This document shows, piece after piece, positions 40,084 to 52,000 of a stretch of DNA of 64,000 bases; position 1 is the stretch's first letter, and each line of letters begins with the position of its first letter. This DNA is from Dipteris shenzhenensis (lineage: Eukaryota): assembly GCA_047967505.1 (NCBI GenBank), contig CM106538.1, one strand, 5' to 3'. Both the position numbers and the translations under genes were made by a program. Under the pieces are notes generated by a model. That model was given only the letters and a program-made list of their open reading frames with translations, searched no databases and had not been told where the DNA came from.

Positions 40084-43000
40084 AAAACACACACACACAC
40101 ATTCACAGCCTGGGTACGTTATTAGTTAGCATACGCAACCTTTGGTGTCTCGACTCTGCTTCCTTTGCTGCCCCTCCTTCCCCTGTTTCTCCTTGCATGA
40201 AGAGGACGGCTAGCGATCCTGGATACTTCTCTAGTGGCCATGCTTTGAGCTTCTCCTCTGCAAAATTGGATTGATTCAGAGCAAAAGATTGGTTGAGATG
40301 CCATACCTCTGCCCTCGAGCTCTCCAACAGCATCATCAGCAGCAGAAGGCTGCAGAAGATGATGATGATCGTCTTCCTCCTGTAATCCTTCCTAGCCATA
40401 GCCCTTTGAGTTGATATTCTTGCAAGAATGAATAGAGTTGGCTCAGCCTGAGAGAAAATCGGGAGAAAATCGTATAGAACCTTATTGTGGAGCCTGAGAC
40501 TGCAGTATCATTTTGAAAAAGCAACAAGTTACGGGTACACAAGGGGAGCTATGCATCCAATTGAAGGAAGGAAGGGAGACCACAAGCGAGGTTGGCAGGG
40601 ATGGCAAAGAAGCAGAGGCGACACTCAAGCGAGGTTGGCAGGGATGGCAAAGAAGCAGAGGCGACACTCAGCTTTTTCGATTCAAATTTTCCGCCTTGGA
40701 GACCGAAATGGAGAAGCAAACTGCAATTTTACTGCAAAGCTTTGAAGACTTACGCCTGCTCGAAAATTTTGCCTCGAAGAACGGAACGAAGCTCCCAGCA
40801 GTTCCCAGTGCGAGAAATCATACCATCCGGTCTCTTTACCCCTCCGGCCTCTTCCTCCTTGCTTAGGTTACAGAGGTTTTTTACATCTACCCTGCTACTC
40901 ATGATAGCCCCATGAAATGGGGCAAAGCATGCTCCCAGGGGGCCGCGATATCGCGGCCCCCTGGGAGCATGCTTTGCCCCATTTCATGGGGCTGCTGGGC
41001 TACTCTCCCCAACCCTATGCAACTCACACCCCCAGCCCTATGCATCTCACCCTCTGCCTCTCCCCCTCATCCTGCTGTTGCTCTCTCCTTTGCAACTACT
41101 CTACCTCACAGCTCTTCCCTCTTGCATCTGCTCTCGCCCCCTTCATGCTGTACCCATAGTTGCTTTCCTTCTTGGGCCTCATCGAGAGATGATGAGCTAC
41201 AACATCAGAGAACCGGATTGGTGGACACTCTCCCCTTCACTTTATCTTTCCGATTTGGACCCTTCCACATGCCCTGAGAAGCGAAAAAACATACAAGGGA
41301 AAAACAAAACCCAAAGACAAGAAGGACAAGGAGACATGAAAGGGTACTGACAGTAAAACCAACTGAACATGAGAAAGCCCAGCAGCCCCATGAAATGGGG
41401 CAAAGCATGCTCCCAGGGGGCCGCGATATCGCGGCCCCCTGGGAGCATGCTTTGCCCCATTTCATGGGGCTCTCATGAGCAGTTGGGGGATCTGTTTGCA
41501 AGAACTTGTCCTCAGGTTTAGGCAGATATTGACATAAGTTTACCTTCCTCATACGCGAGTGCAAGCAAAACGAAAAGAACAGAGAATTTGAAAGCAAACG
41601 ACCTAAGTTTACCTTCCTCATAGGCGAACTTGAGTACACTCTAGCATAACTTGGGGGATCTGTTTGCAAGAACTTGTCCTCAGGTTTAGGCAGAGATTTG
41701 ACATAAGTTTACCTTCCTCATACGCGAGTGCAAGCAAAACGAAAAGAACAGAGAATTTGAAAGCAAACGACCTAAGTTTACCTTCCTCATACGCGAACTT
41801 GAGTGCACTCTAGCATGACCTCTTCAATGTTTTCTTGCTCTGCCCAAGCTTCTGCTCATCTTTTCTTACGTGCGTTGACAAAGGAATGCAGAGAACAAAA
41901 GGAAGCTATGAGAATATAAACTTTGTAAATGTAGAATCTGTAGCAACTACTGGGGGATACAAGATCAAGCTACTTACACACCGCAAGCAATGTATCATAT
42001 ATAGTTGCTGTAACTCCGCTGATCTTCGGCAAACGTGTAGTCGAGAATTACATGCAGAGTCTCCCCTAAAGGATCGGTCTTTCTACTCTTCAATATCTTT
42101 CTACTCTCGAGTCTCAAATGTGCTGTTGAACTTGAATCGAGAGGCAAGCCGACCGCCCAAAACAAGAATCCGAAAGATTACAATTGGAATCAACAATTTT
42201 GCCAGTCCAAACGAAGCAACGAAGCAACGAAGGTCGGCCAGAATTGAGACGGGGAAGGGAAGCGGAGTGAGAATCCGTGGGCGGCTTTAATCTGTCACAA
42301 CAATTTACGAGCAAAGAGACAACTTTATTTGGGCTTGGAGGAAGTTGTTGGATGCGAGAGATGATGAGATAAGGCCCGTGAACACATGCAAAGCAAAGGA
42401 AAGTGTGTGGGATGCCCATAAATGCAAGTATTAACATACAACAAAGAGTCATCACCTCTGCCAAGATTGTCCTTGGTGATATTGGTAAATTGTCCTTGGT
42501 GTCGATTGGTGATGTAGGAGGTGATGGCGAAGGAGATGGTTAGGAGGAGGGGAAGGAGGTGTAGGAGAGGAGAGAGGAGAGAGGAGGGGAAGGAGGTGTA
42601 GGAGAGGAGAGAGGTGTAGGATTGGGTTTAGGGAACTAACACTATCACTTGTTGACACCTCACTTGTCATCATTAAGGGATTGGTTTAGTTTTGAATGGC
42701 TGAATTTGTTGACACCTCACTTGCCGTCATTTAGGCTACTGCCATCATTTGTGAGCATCAACGACTTGCCATCATTTAGGGTAATGCCTCCTTGTGAGCA
42801 TTTATACGTGATCTTCGCACATCCCATGTAATGATAAGATGTCCTGTTCAAAGATTTATTGGATGGCGGCTATGTGGTGTCCTGTTCAAAGATTTATTGG
42901 ATGGCGGCCACCAAACCTTGGATACTCTGCTGCGTCATTGATTTGGATACTCTATTGAAACTCCTTCTTGGATGCTCAGCTGAGTGTCCTTCTTTCCCGT

Positions 43001-46000
43001 CATTTGGGTCTCCTTCATGGATACTCAGCTGAATCTCCTTCTAGCTAGTCATTCGTGTCTCCTTCTTTGATACTCTGTTGAATCTCCTTCCTGCCAGTCA
43101 TCCTAGCTCTTAGACCACTTGGATTTCTTTTCGCTTGCTATCCATACTCGTATCTAACTATGCCATCTTTCCTTGTGATCAAGCATGGAGCTCAAACTTT
43201 GGATATTAGATATGACACAAGTATCTGCGAGGTTTCTCTTTTGGAGCTGAGAGATTTCTTTCAACTGCAAAACAACAACATTCTTCTCCAAGAGGAGATT
43301 GGAATAGAGGATGTTGGTGTCATTCATCGACCCATTGAGCTTGAAGAAGGAGAGCTTGGGTTCAAGATAGAAGCAAAGTCGGAATGTGTTTTTTCTATCA
43401 TCACAGAGCAAAGGCATGCACCTGTTTTGACATGTAAGGAGACTGTAAGTGTCATAACCTTGCTCAAACAGCTCCCACTTAGTAGTGCTTTGCATGTTGC
43501 CTTTGCCTCTGCTCAAACTATAGAGCAAGTATCAGAGTTGCCACAAAACTATAATGGTTATGTTTTGTTTGAGCTCCCACCTTGTCTTGAAGGGTCTGCT
43601 ATGTTTGGAATGGACCAAAAGAATGATGGTCATGCTTGGACATTGTACTCTACTAGCTCGCAAGAGTCATTCAACGGGATGGTTAGAATAAGTAGGTGTA
43701 CAGGCTACTTGAGGTGTTGCAATTTGGATTGTCCATATATGGAACGGACTGGTCTCTACAATGAGACACAATGGAGGGGAAAACTAAGAAAAATATGTCC
43801 TGTGGGTCCAGTTGAAAGGGAATGTGGTTCCTTGCTTTGCATTCATTGTTGTCAGATTCCTATCTGTGTTTCGCAATGTAAAGCTTATATATACTACTGC
43901 ATTCCACATGATCGTGAACATACTACAAGATGTGCCATTCATGTGGGAGTACATGAGCATCCAATTGCTGAGGGAAGTAGTCGAGGTAAATGGAGAAAAG
44001 TGGATGAAATGGTATCTGACCGTGCTAGAAAGAACCCTGCACTCTCTTGCAAAAATATCGAGGTGGATGTTGCCAAAGATATTGTTATGGAAATGATGCT
44101 TGGTGGCAAAGAGGAAGCCATTGAGGAGATGGATGAAGCTGGCTTCCATGCAGTTCTTGACACAATAACACCATTGTCACAAAGGAGGAGGCTTCAAAGA
44201 GCTGTGCAATCATCTAGACATGGATCAGAACGATTCGATTGTGGCCTGGATTCACTGTTGGAGTTGAAACGTCGATGTAGATACTCTTTTTTGCAAAGTG
44301 TCCTTTTCCCAGGACAACTATCAGCTAATCAACAACCTCATGTCTTTAAGATGTCAACTATTGGTCCAGGTTCTGGGCTTGACTTGGTGAATAGGATGAG
44401 GCCAAGTGGTAACTTGGGTTTTCAATGGTTGCACTTTGACCATGTTCATCGGGTGAAAGGATGGTCCACCATGGGTGCCCATGTGTATGACCCTTTCATC
44501 AGGGAGCTTCTCACCATTGCATTATGTGAATTTAAGCTTGAAGATGCTGGTGCACAAGTAAAGTTCTGGCAACTGATGAATGAGCAAATGTTGAAGAATG
44601 GATTCCCTTTGCCTGAATTCAGAGGGTTCATGGCAGATGGTGCGGGAGCGAATTGGCTTGGAGTTAGAACAGTATATAATGGTGGACCGGACAATGTCAT
44701 GGAAGGTAAAGAGAGAACATGTGGTTTTCACTGGGAGATGAGCATGGTAGAGCATACTAGAAGATGCATCAGGGATCCATTTCAGGAAGAGCATAAGCAT
44801 CTGTGTAGGAATTGGAGAAGAGCAACATCAGACAGTAGTGCAAGAATTTGTAAGGAGGCAATAAAGGAATTTTGGACACCTACTCATGTTAAGGAGGATG
44901 AGTTGTCTGCCCTTGAGACATGGTTGGCATGGTGGGATGTGCGGGTTTCCCAGTGGGGAGGTTCATTCATGCAACAACATAAGGACACTGGATTTGTGCC
45001 GTCTGTGAATTTAGCTGAGACCAAGCACTCTAGCATGAGGGCTGCTCATGGGTATGCTAAATACATAAGCCTATATGAGGCCACCGCAACAGATTTGGCA
45101 ATGTCTGTGCTTCAAAGTGCACACTACAAAGCTTACATGGAAGGCAAACACTTGGGAACAGGACCTGCATTGGAGAAGCTGAGGGAGAGGATTTTGATTT
45201 GGGATTCTGGCAATGTGTCAACAAAGAGACTTGTTGATGTTGCCCATGGTGTTATGGAAGAGGCTGGCCTTCACACACCTGAAATGAAAAGGCCCACAAT
45301 GGAGAAAACTCAAATTAGAAGGAGAAGAGGTTCTGCCACTCCAACTACAATTAAGGAACATGACAGTCATAGGCCAGAGTATATTTATGTCTCTACTAAG
45401 CAACCAATGGGAGGGAGGAGACCTCCCAATAGAATTGTAAATGGATATGATATTAGCTGCAAGGAGAGTGTTGTGCATGAGACAAATTGGGTTATCAGAA
45501 GAACAGAGCCAAGAAGTGTGGTGACATGCTTTGGATTCATTTCTGAATCTAAGTCTCGTTGTGGAGCACTCATAAATACATTGGGTCGAAGTGCAACTGA
45601 GGGTGTACCTGCACCTTGCTTCAAGGGGAGAAGACAACATCCTAATGGTATCAAAGAACAGTTTGTGTGGTTTTGCAATACCTCTGTTGCCCATACGTGG
45701 TGTGTTGATCAGTCTATACTTGGTGTGCCTGGCCACTCCCCAGGGGTGTGGAAGGTGACCGTCGGGACTTCCATAAAGCAACATGAAAAGGATCAATTGA
45801 AGGAGGCAGGTTTTGTGCTTGAGGAGGATGAGAGTTTTCATGTGCAAGGACCTAACTTACAGAGGACTACAACACCATTGAGTCACGATCGGGCCAGTAG
45901 AAGGGATAACAGGATAGTGAGATGGAGATCCAAGCTAAGTAAGGAGTTTCAAGACAGGATTCAAAAAGCTCAATGTTTGATTGCAGAAGTGGTGCAAGAG

Positions 46001-49000
46001 AAAATTATCTGTCCTAATGAAATGCATCTGTTCCATGTGCGAACAGAAAGTTCTATTGCAAAGGGCCTTACTTACACCGTGACAATATCAAAGTTTCCAC
46101 GGTGTTCTTGCAAGGACTTCATTCAACGAGATGCAAAGAAAGGGATGTATATTCCATGCAAACATATGTACTTTGTCTTCATTGGTGTTTTGCAATTGAG
46201 TGACAAAGTGCATCAGTTTATGCACCAGGCAGCTCTTACAAAAGTTGAATTGTTTCAAGCTCTTAGTTCTCGCAGAAACCAGCCAAGTGTGTCACATCCA
46301 CTTGGTTGAACTTTGGGACTATTTTGTATAAGCTTACCTTTGTAGTTGTTAAGGAAACCAAGCAACTGTTTGCCACATGCTTGGTTGATTTTTGAGATTG
46401 GGTTTATCTTTGAAAAACCATTTTGTACACTTGGCATATCTATTGTGTCAATTTGGGACATATACAAGTATATTAAGCTCTCAAGCGGCTTCGGAATGTA
46501 TTTGGGGAAGCTTTGGATTATCTTTGGGAACTTATGGAAGCATATTGTATGCTCAAGCTATTTTGGATAATGCTACTTAATTAATGTTATTTGGCCGATG
46601 CTGTTAGACTTGTTAGAAATTTATGCTTGTAGTATTAGTTAGATGCTTAAAGGTTTCCTGTTTCCTATCTTTAAGAAAGTATTGAATATATCATAAATTG
46701 AATTGCTCTATTGAGGACATTGCTACCTTTCTTTTTTTTTGAATGCTAAGAAATAATTTTTTCATTTTCCAAATTATAAGGGTGCCGTTTTATTTCTATG
46801 TAAGAACATATTTTATTCAAAGTCAAATGACACTTTTGCAACATAAATATTTGCATTGAAATGTGGAAATAAATAGCCATGTTCGCTCGAACCTTCACCT
46901 CGCTCGAACGCAGTTGCTCGAACTTTGGTAATCCTCCAATTTTGAGTGCCTTGTCCAAGTAAGTAGGTGGTTGACCAAGTTAATAGTTTCAGCCTTGGCT
47001 TACCAGATAAAAGGGCAACCATGAAGAACGATGGGTTGGGAGCCAAAGGTGATTTCATGGGAGGAGGGAAGTCTTTGCACCTGATGTGTCAAGTTCAGAT
47101 ATCCTTTACACATTGGTTAAATGAGAGTGCCCTAAATACGTACTTATCACCAACTCCTGTCAATTACCCCTACTATGGGATGGTTTCGGCCTTGGCTCAC
47201 CAGATAAAAGGGCAAGATGAAGAACAATGGGTTGGGAACTGCAGGCGATTTCATAGGAGGGAAGGCTTTTGCACCTGATGTGTCAGATTACGATATCCCT
47301 TACACATTGGTTAAATGTGAGTGCCCTAAATATGTACTACTATCACCAACCCCTGTCTTCTCGACCTAGGAGAGCACCTATCATGAGGGCGTGGGGCCGT
47401 GGAGGATTCCTCTTTTCACACACACCCACATACCCCTCATTGCATTTTAAGACTCCTAATTGGGATTTTCTCATTTTCACCGTATGGAATGTTGTTGTTC
47501 ACAGGAGATACTCCTTGTTTTTTTTGTATTTACCTTATGCTTAACCTTTCTTTCACAAAAGTGTTTTGTTTTTTTTGAGGGGGGGGGGGGGTTGTGGCGG
47601 CATTTACCTGTACTGTCCCTTGTGTTCAAGCCCCCAAATCAGTGTGTCCACATCACTGACCCAAAATCCTGTGGTTTGTGCCAGTTAATAGATGCTCCTA
47701 CAACCAGACAGATGGTCTCGTGAGCTGCCCTGAAAGATGCAGGTTCCCGACAGAAGTCTCAAGAGATACAGTTGTATCATCCGCAAGCACTGTCAAGAAT
47801 CATTTCATGTGGGTGCACTTCTGATGCTCCTAGGAGCTTTGTGGAAGCAAGTCACTGACAAGCTTGCAATGATCATACAACTTCTTGTTGGCCTCAAAAA
47901 GGCATTGCACCCGTATTTGCCCTCTTGTCTGGAATGGTGACTTTTCCATTTGATTGTTCACTTCTCTTTTCTTTTGGTGTTTAACCTTTTTGGCATGCTT
48001 GTGCTCCATCTGTAATACTCCATGCCTGTGATTTCTTAATGTTGACAGCATTGCAAGCTTGCATCTGCGTTTTTTATTGTGATTGCCTGATCCTTGTTTG
48101 AGTCTTTCACAGACTTTCAAGAATTATTGATAATTGGTGTCTCAACGAAAGGGTTGCATCTTCATTTGGAGACCCTCCCACTTTCAGTCCCATCACCCTC
48201 ATGCTGAGTACTGTGAATGGGTTTCAACCTTCTCTGATGGTTGCTGAGATGGCTGTTTGCTCCCTTGTGAAACAAATCCCACACAGGATGAGTTTTCCTT
48301 GGCTTGGTTTCCAACTTCGTGTTGCACCTCCTCAACATTCTTGGTTGGGCACAGTACCACCTCTTAATAGTTTTCCAGGTCTCTGATCCTAATAAGGTAA
48401 GCTCCTTATTGAGCTTCTCATTTTCCAAAAGATAACTTGAGATCAATACTTGCCTCTATCGCCCTGTTCTGTTTCGTCTTTGCATCGTAAATTTCAAAAA
48501 TATAACTTGTCGTCCCTCACTTGAGAGCATCAACCTTCTAAGTTACTCTTCAATGCTACACGAGATTCTTGTTTTTTGCCGCAGAAGCTCTATGACTTGT
48601 CCATAAATTGCCTAGCAGTACCTATGTGCAGGGATAGTCTTTGCCACCGCTCTCTAGAGTATCTTAAGGAGAGGATTGGGGACAGCCATGATCTCAACAG
48701 GAAGGTGGCTGGGTTTGCAGAAACTTGTGGATGAAAGAGAGTTGCTTAGCTATGGGTGAAGAGGGAGTCGAGGTAGAAAGGGAGGTGGATCAAGGGAGAA
48801 GAGCAAATGGGGAGTAAGAGAGGTGGTTCCAGGACTACATAGTCACATGCCATGCATTTCGAAAAATAATCATCATATTGGTCAGATGGTTCTGTTCTGG
48901 GAGTCAGTAGCTATGAAGTATGCATCTTAACATGTAGCCCTTAATCAAGTAGACAGAGTTGTTGAGCTTGTTGATTTGTGTTATAAGATTTCTAGATACT

Positions 49001-52000
49001 TTATAAAGTTTTCTTTATTATCTTTCAGGTTAGCAGCAAGTCTATTCAAGTGACTGACTCTGGTGGCAAGGTTGTTCCTTCTCAACTTCTGCCAGTGAGC
49101 AGTGTAACAAAACAACTGCGAAGCTACTATGTGCAGGCATATCTGGGGGTATCACCAGGACAAACACCACTTTATTCGCTTGTATTTCCAGCCACGGTTC
49201 CTGCCTTTGGATACAATTCTTATGTTGTGTCAGCTTCAGGTGGACCAGGTTCGTTTCCAATTCAGTACTGTAAATGTTATAGGGTCATATACATTTTCAT
49301 GTATTCAAAACCCTACAAAAGGAGCATCTTGTGTACAAAAGTTCTGATAGTCTATCATTTCAATTTGGTCCATGATAAAGGAAGCATATTTTATTCTTTT
49401 TGCTTCCCTGTTAAGGCAAACAAACGCATCTTCTGGCTATTATGCTCGGAAATTGTTATATTATATACGAGTGTTTGCCTATCTGAGTCCCAACAAATGA
49501 TACTGTCAGTTCAGAAGATTATAGAAACTTCTATGACATTCTTGTTTCATGGCACCTTGCGATCTTGCTATGCAAGCACTTAATGCTTATTCTCTGGCTT
49601 TGTTTCTCTACTGGAACCAGGTTCAGCAACACTCTCAGTTGTTGAAGAAGTTTCCAAGAGTCATATGATAACTGCTGTCTCTGACAGTTTACAGCTGGTA
49701 TTCTCTGGTGAAACTGGCCATTTGACTGAAATGATGAACATCCAAACTGGAGTAAGTGACAGATATACTACAGCATTTTAATCCTGAAACATGATGTGGA
49801 CAAGGAATATAGTTTTATTCAGATCTTCTAAACGTTGTCTCTGTTCTTCGTATCATTTTCTTGCCACCAAAAAACAGGCTTATCTTCATCTGCAATCCTC
49901 ATACCTTTTCTATGGAGCAAATACTGGCGCAGATGGACAGGTACATGTGATGAGTCTTTCAATGGTTTCTTGAAACCAGTTACTCCTCTTAGGTACTGAC
50001 TCCTCTATCTTATCTTCTTCAAGGGTACTGATGGTGCCTATCTATTTCGTCCAAATCCCGGCTCTCCAACCTCAGTGAATAGCTCTGTGAGTTTAAATCA
50101 TGCCTTGTACAAGATTCAATGTAAGCTATTTTGTAAGCTTTGGGTGCTGTTATTTGTGAGTCAAATAAAGTTAATGCAACTATTGTTTTGTAAAATTTTG
50201 ATTAAAAAGGTACCCATTACTGTTATAAAAGGTGCCTTAGTACAGGAAGTTTGGCAAGAGTTCAGCCCCTGGATCCACCAGGTATGAAGGTCTCCATCTC
50301 TACAGAAAGCGAAAGTTGAGTTGCTGTTTGATAATTCCTTCATGAATATATTCGATGAAATGCCCCCTTTGATCCTTACGAGCAATATTTCTGTCTGTGA
50401 GCTCCATCTCTATATTTGCAGCTATAAGGGATAAGCCCTATAATAGCTCTCTCCTTATCTTGTTAAGTTGTTTGAGGCCAGTTCAATTCCATACAACCAG
50501 AATCAGGTTCATGTTTTATGAGGGTACAGCAGCAGTGCTCTGCAAAAGTACTGGTCAAAACAGAGAGGCACAAGAACAGACCATCAAAATTTCACTCCTA
50601 CAACTGAATGTTCCTGAATGATTACAAGAAGAGCGCTCCACAAACATCCCTGAGGAATGTGCTGTGACAGTCAATGCATGGATGGTGCTATTACTGGTTG
50701 ACAGACTCCAAAGTAGCAACTTTGGCCAGGTTGCCAAAGCTTATACCCATTTCTTAACTTGTCTCCATAAGGGAGGGGAGAGAGAATGCCTAGAACCACC
50801 ATCTGGCCTCTCAGACTTGCAAAATAGGCTATTGTGGGCAAGAATGTTGCAATCCCTGGGTCCTATAAGCTAGCATTGGATGCCTGCTCCCACGGATACA
50901 TTCCCTGACTATCCTCTTCTTCCACCCTCGACTGAAGTCCTCCTTGTCTATGCGATCCTACCTGGTGTTCCAAGCTAGAAACCCAACCTTTGCGCCTCCA
51001 CCCCCACTCAGCCAACAAAGATTACTCCTCTTGCTGCTTCTCTAGCTCCTCTCTTGTTTGCTTCTAATTTTCTCCCCCTAGCTTGTTTGCTTCCGCAGTT
51101 TGTACGACAGCGATGAGCAGATTTTAACTGTCTTTGCAGACTTGTATGGAAGGAGTTGATTCAGGGCAGATGCAAGCTAACGAGGACTGTATGACAATGT
51201 TGTACAGATGTTAGGCTGAGGCTGATACCAATGATGGCGTTGTGGGCAGCACTTTTTTTTTTTTTCAAGAAAAGTACTTCATTAAGTATGAATAAAAACC
51301 GTATAGCAAGCTCAAGTGTGGGAGTACATCATGTCAAGCATGAGAAAAAACAGCTCAGAATGAGCAAACAAAAATCCCTGGTGACGGCTGAAAATGCCAC
51401 CTCATCCCTGAAGGAGAGTCAGAGAAGAAAGGACAATCCTTCTAGACTCTGAGAAAAGCAACCCTCCTAGCAGTAGCAGTCCTGGAGGTTCCTTGTAAGT
51501 TTGCCCAAATGGCCATCAAAGTGTGTATAGTATCTGCCCAGATACTGGCCATAGTCTGAGAAGGGTGAACCTGGGAGTCCTCCAAAGCCTTTGTACATCT
51601 GGCTCTCCAAATATGCCATGCTGTGATACTAGCCAGAATCTCCCAAGATGTGTCTGCAGAAGCGTGGGGAGCTTTGAATGGAGTAAACGGAACATCCCGG
51701 AGGGAGCATGACATGCCATCGAACAAAGAAAGCTGTGTCCGTGTCATGTCCCTCAAAGAAAGCCTGTGGACCAGTGAGTGACAACCAAGCAACTGATTCC
51801 CAAGTCATGAAGAAGGGTGCTCTATGAAAAGTGCAAAGTATCCTAGCAATACCCTTCCAAATCGTCCTCGCCTGAGTCCACTCCCAAAGGCAGTGCTATA
51901 CTGACTCAACTGCTGAGTGGCATTGAGGACATGTAGGGTCAGCCCCAAACCTGGATCTCCATAGGTTCACTATAATCCCTCCATGAATAGTAAGCCAGAT

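Larger units (their letters stand above)
32147..46936. mobile_element. 14.8-kb Mutator-like DNA transposon carrying a transposase and a ParB-methyltransferase-like gene
   Basis: Perfect 9-bp TSD CAATTTTGA (32138-32146, 46937-46945); imperfect ~55-bp TIRs, each with three (T)TCGAGC(G)A repeats in register; encloses the transposase ORF. Confidence 0.9.

Noticed and set aside
51221-51240. PBS-like TGGTATCAGC on the - strand next to a CA
   Set aside because: Only a 10-nt match, with no supporting LTR pair or gag sequence visible.
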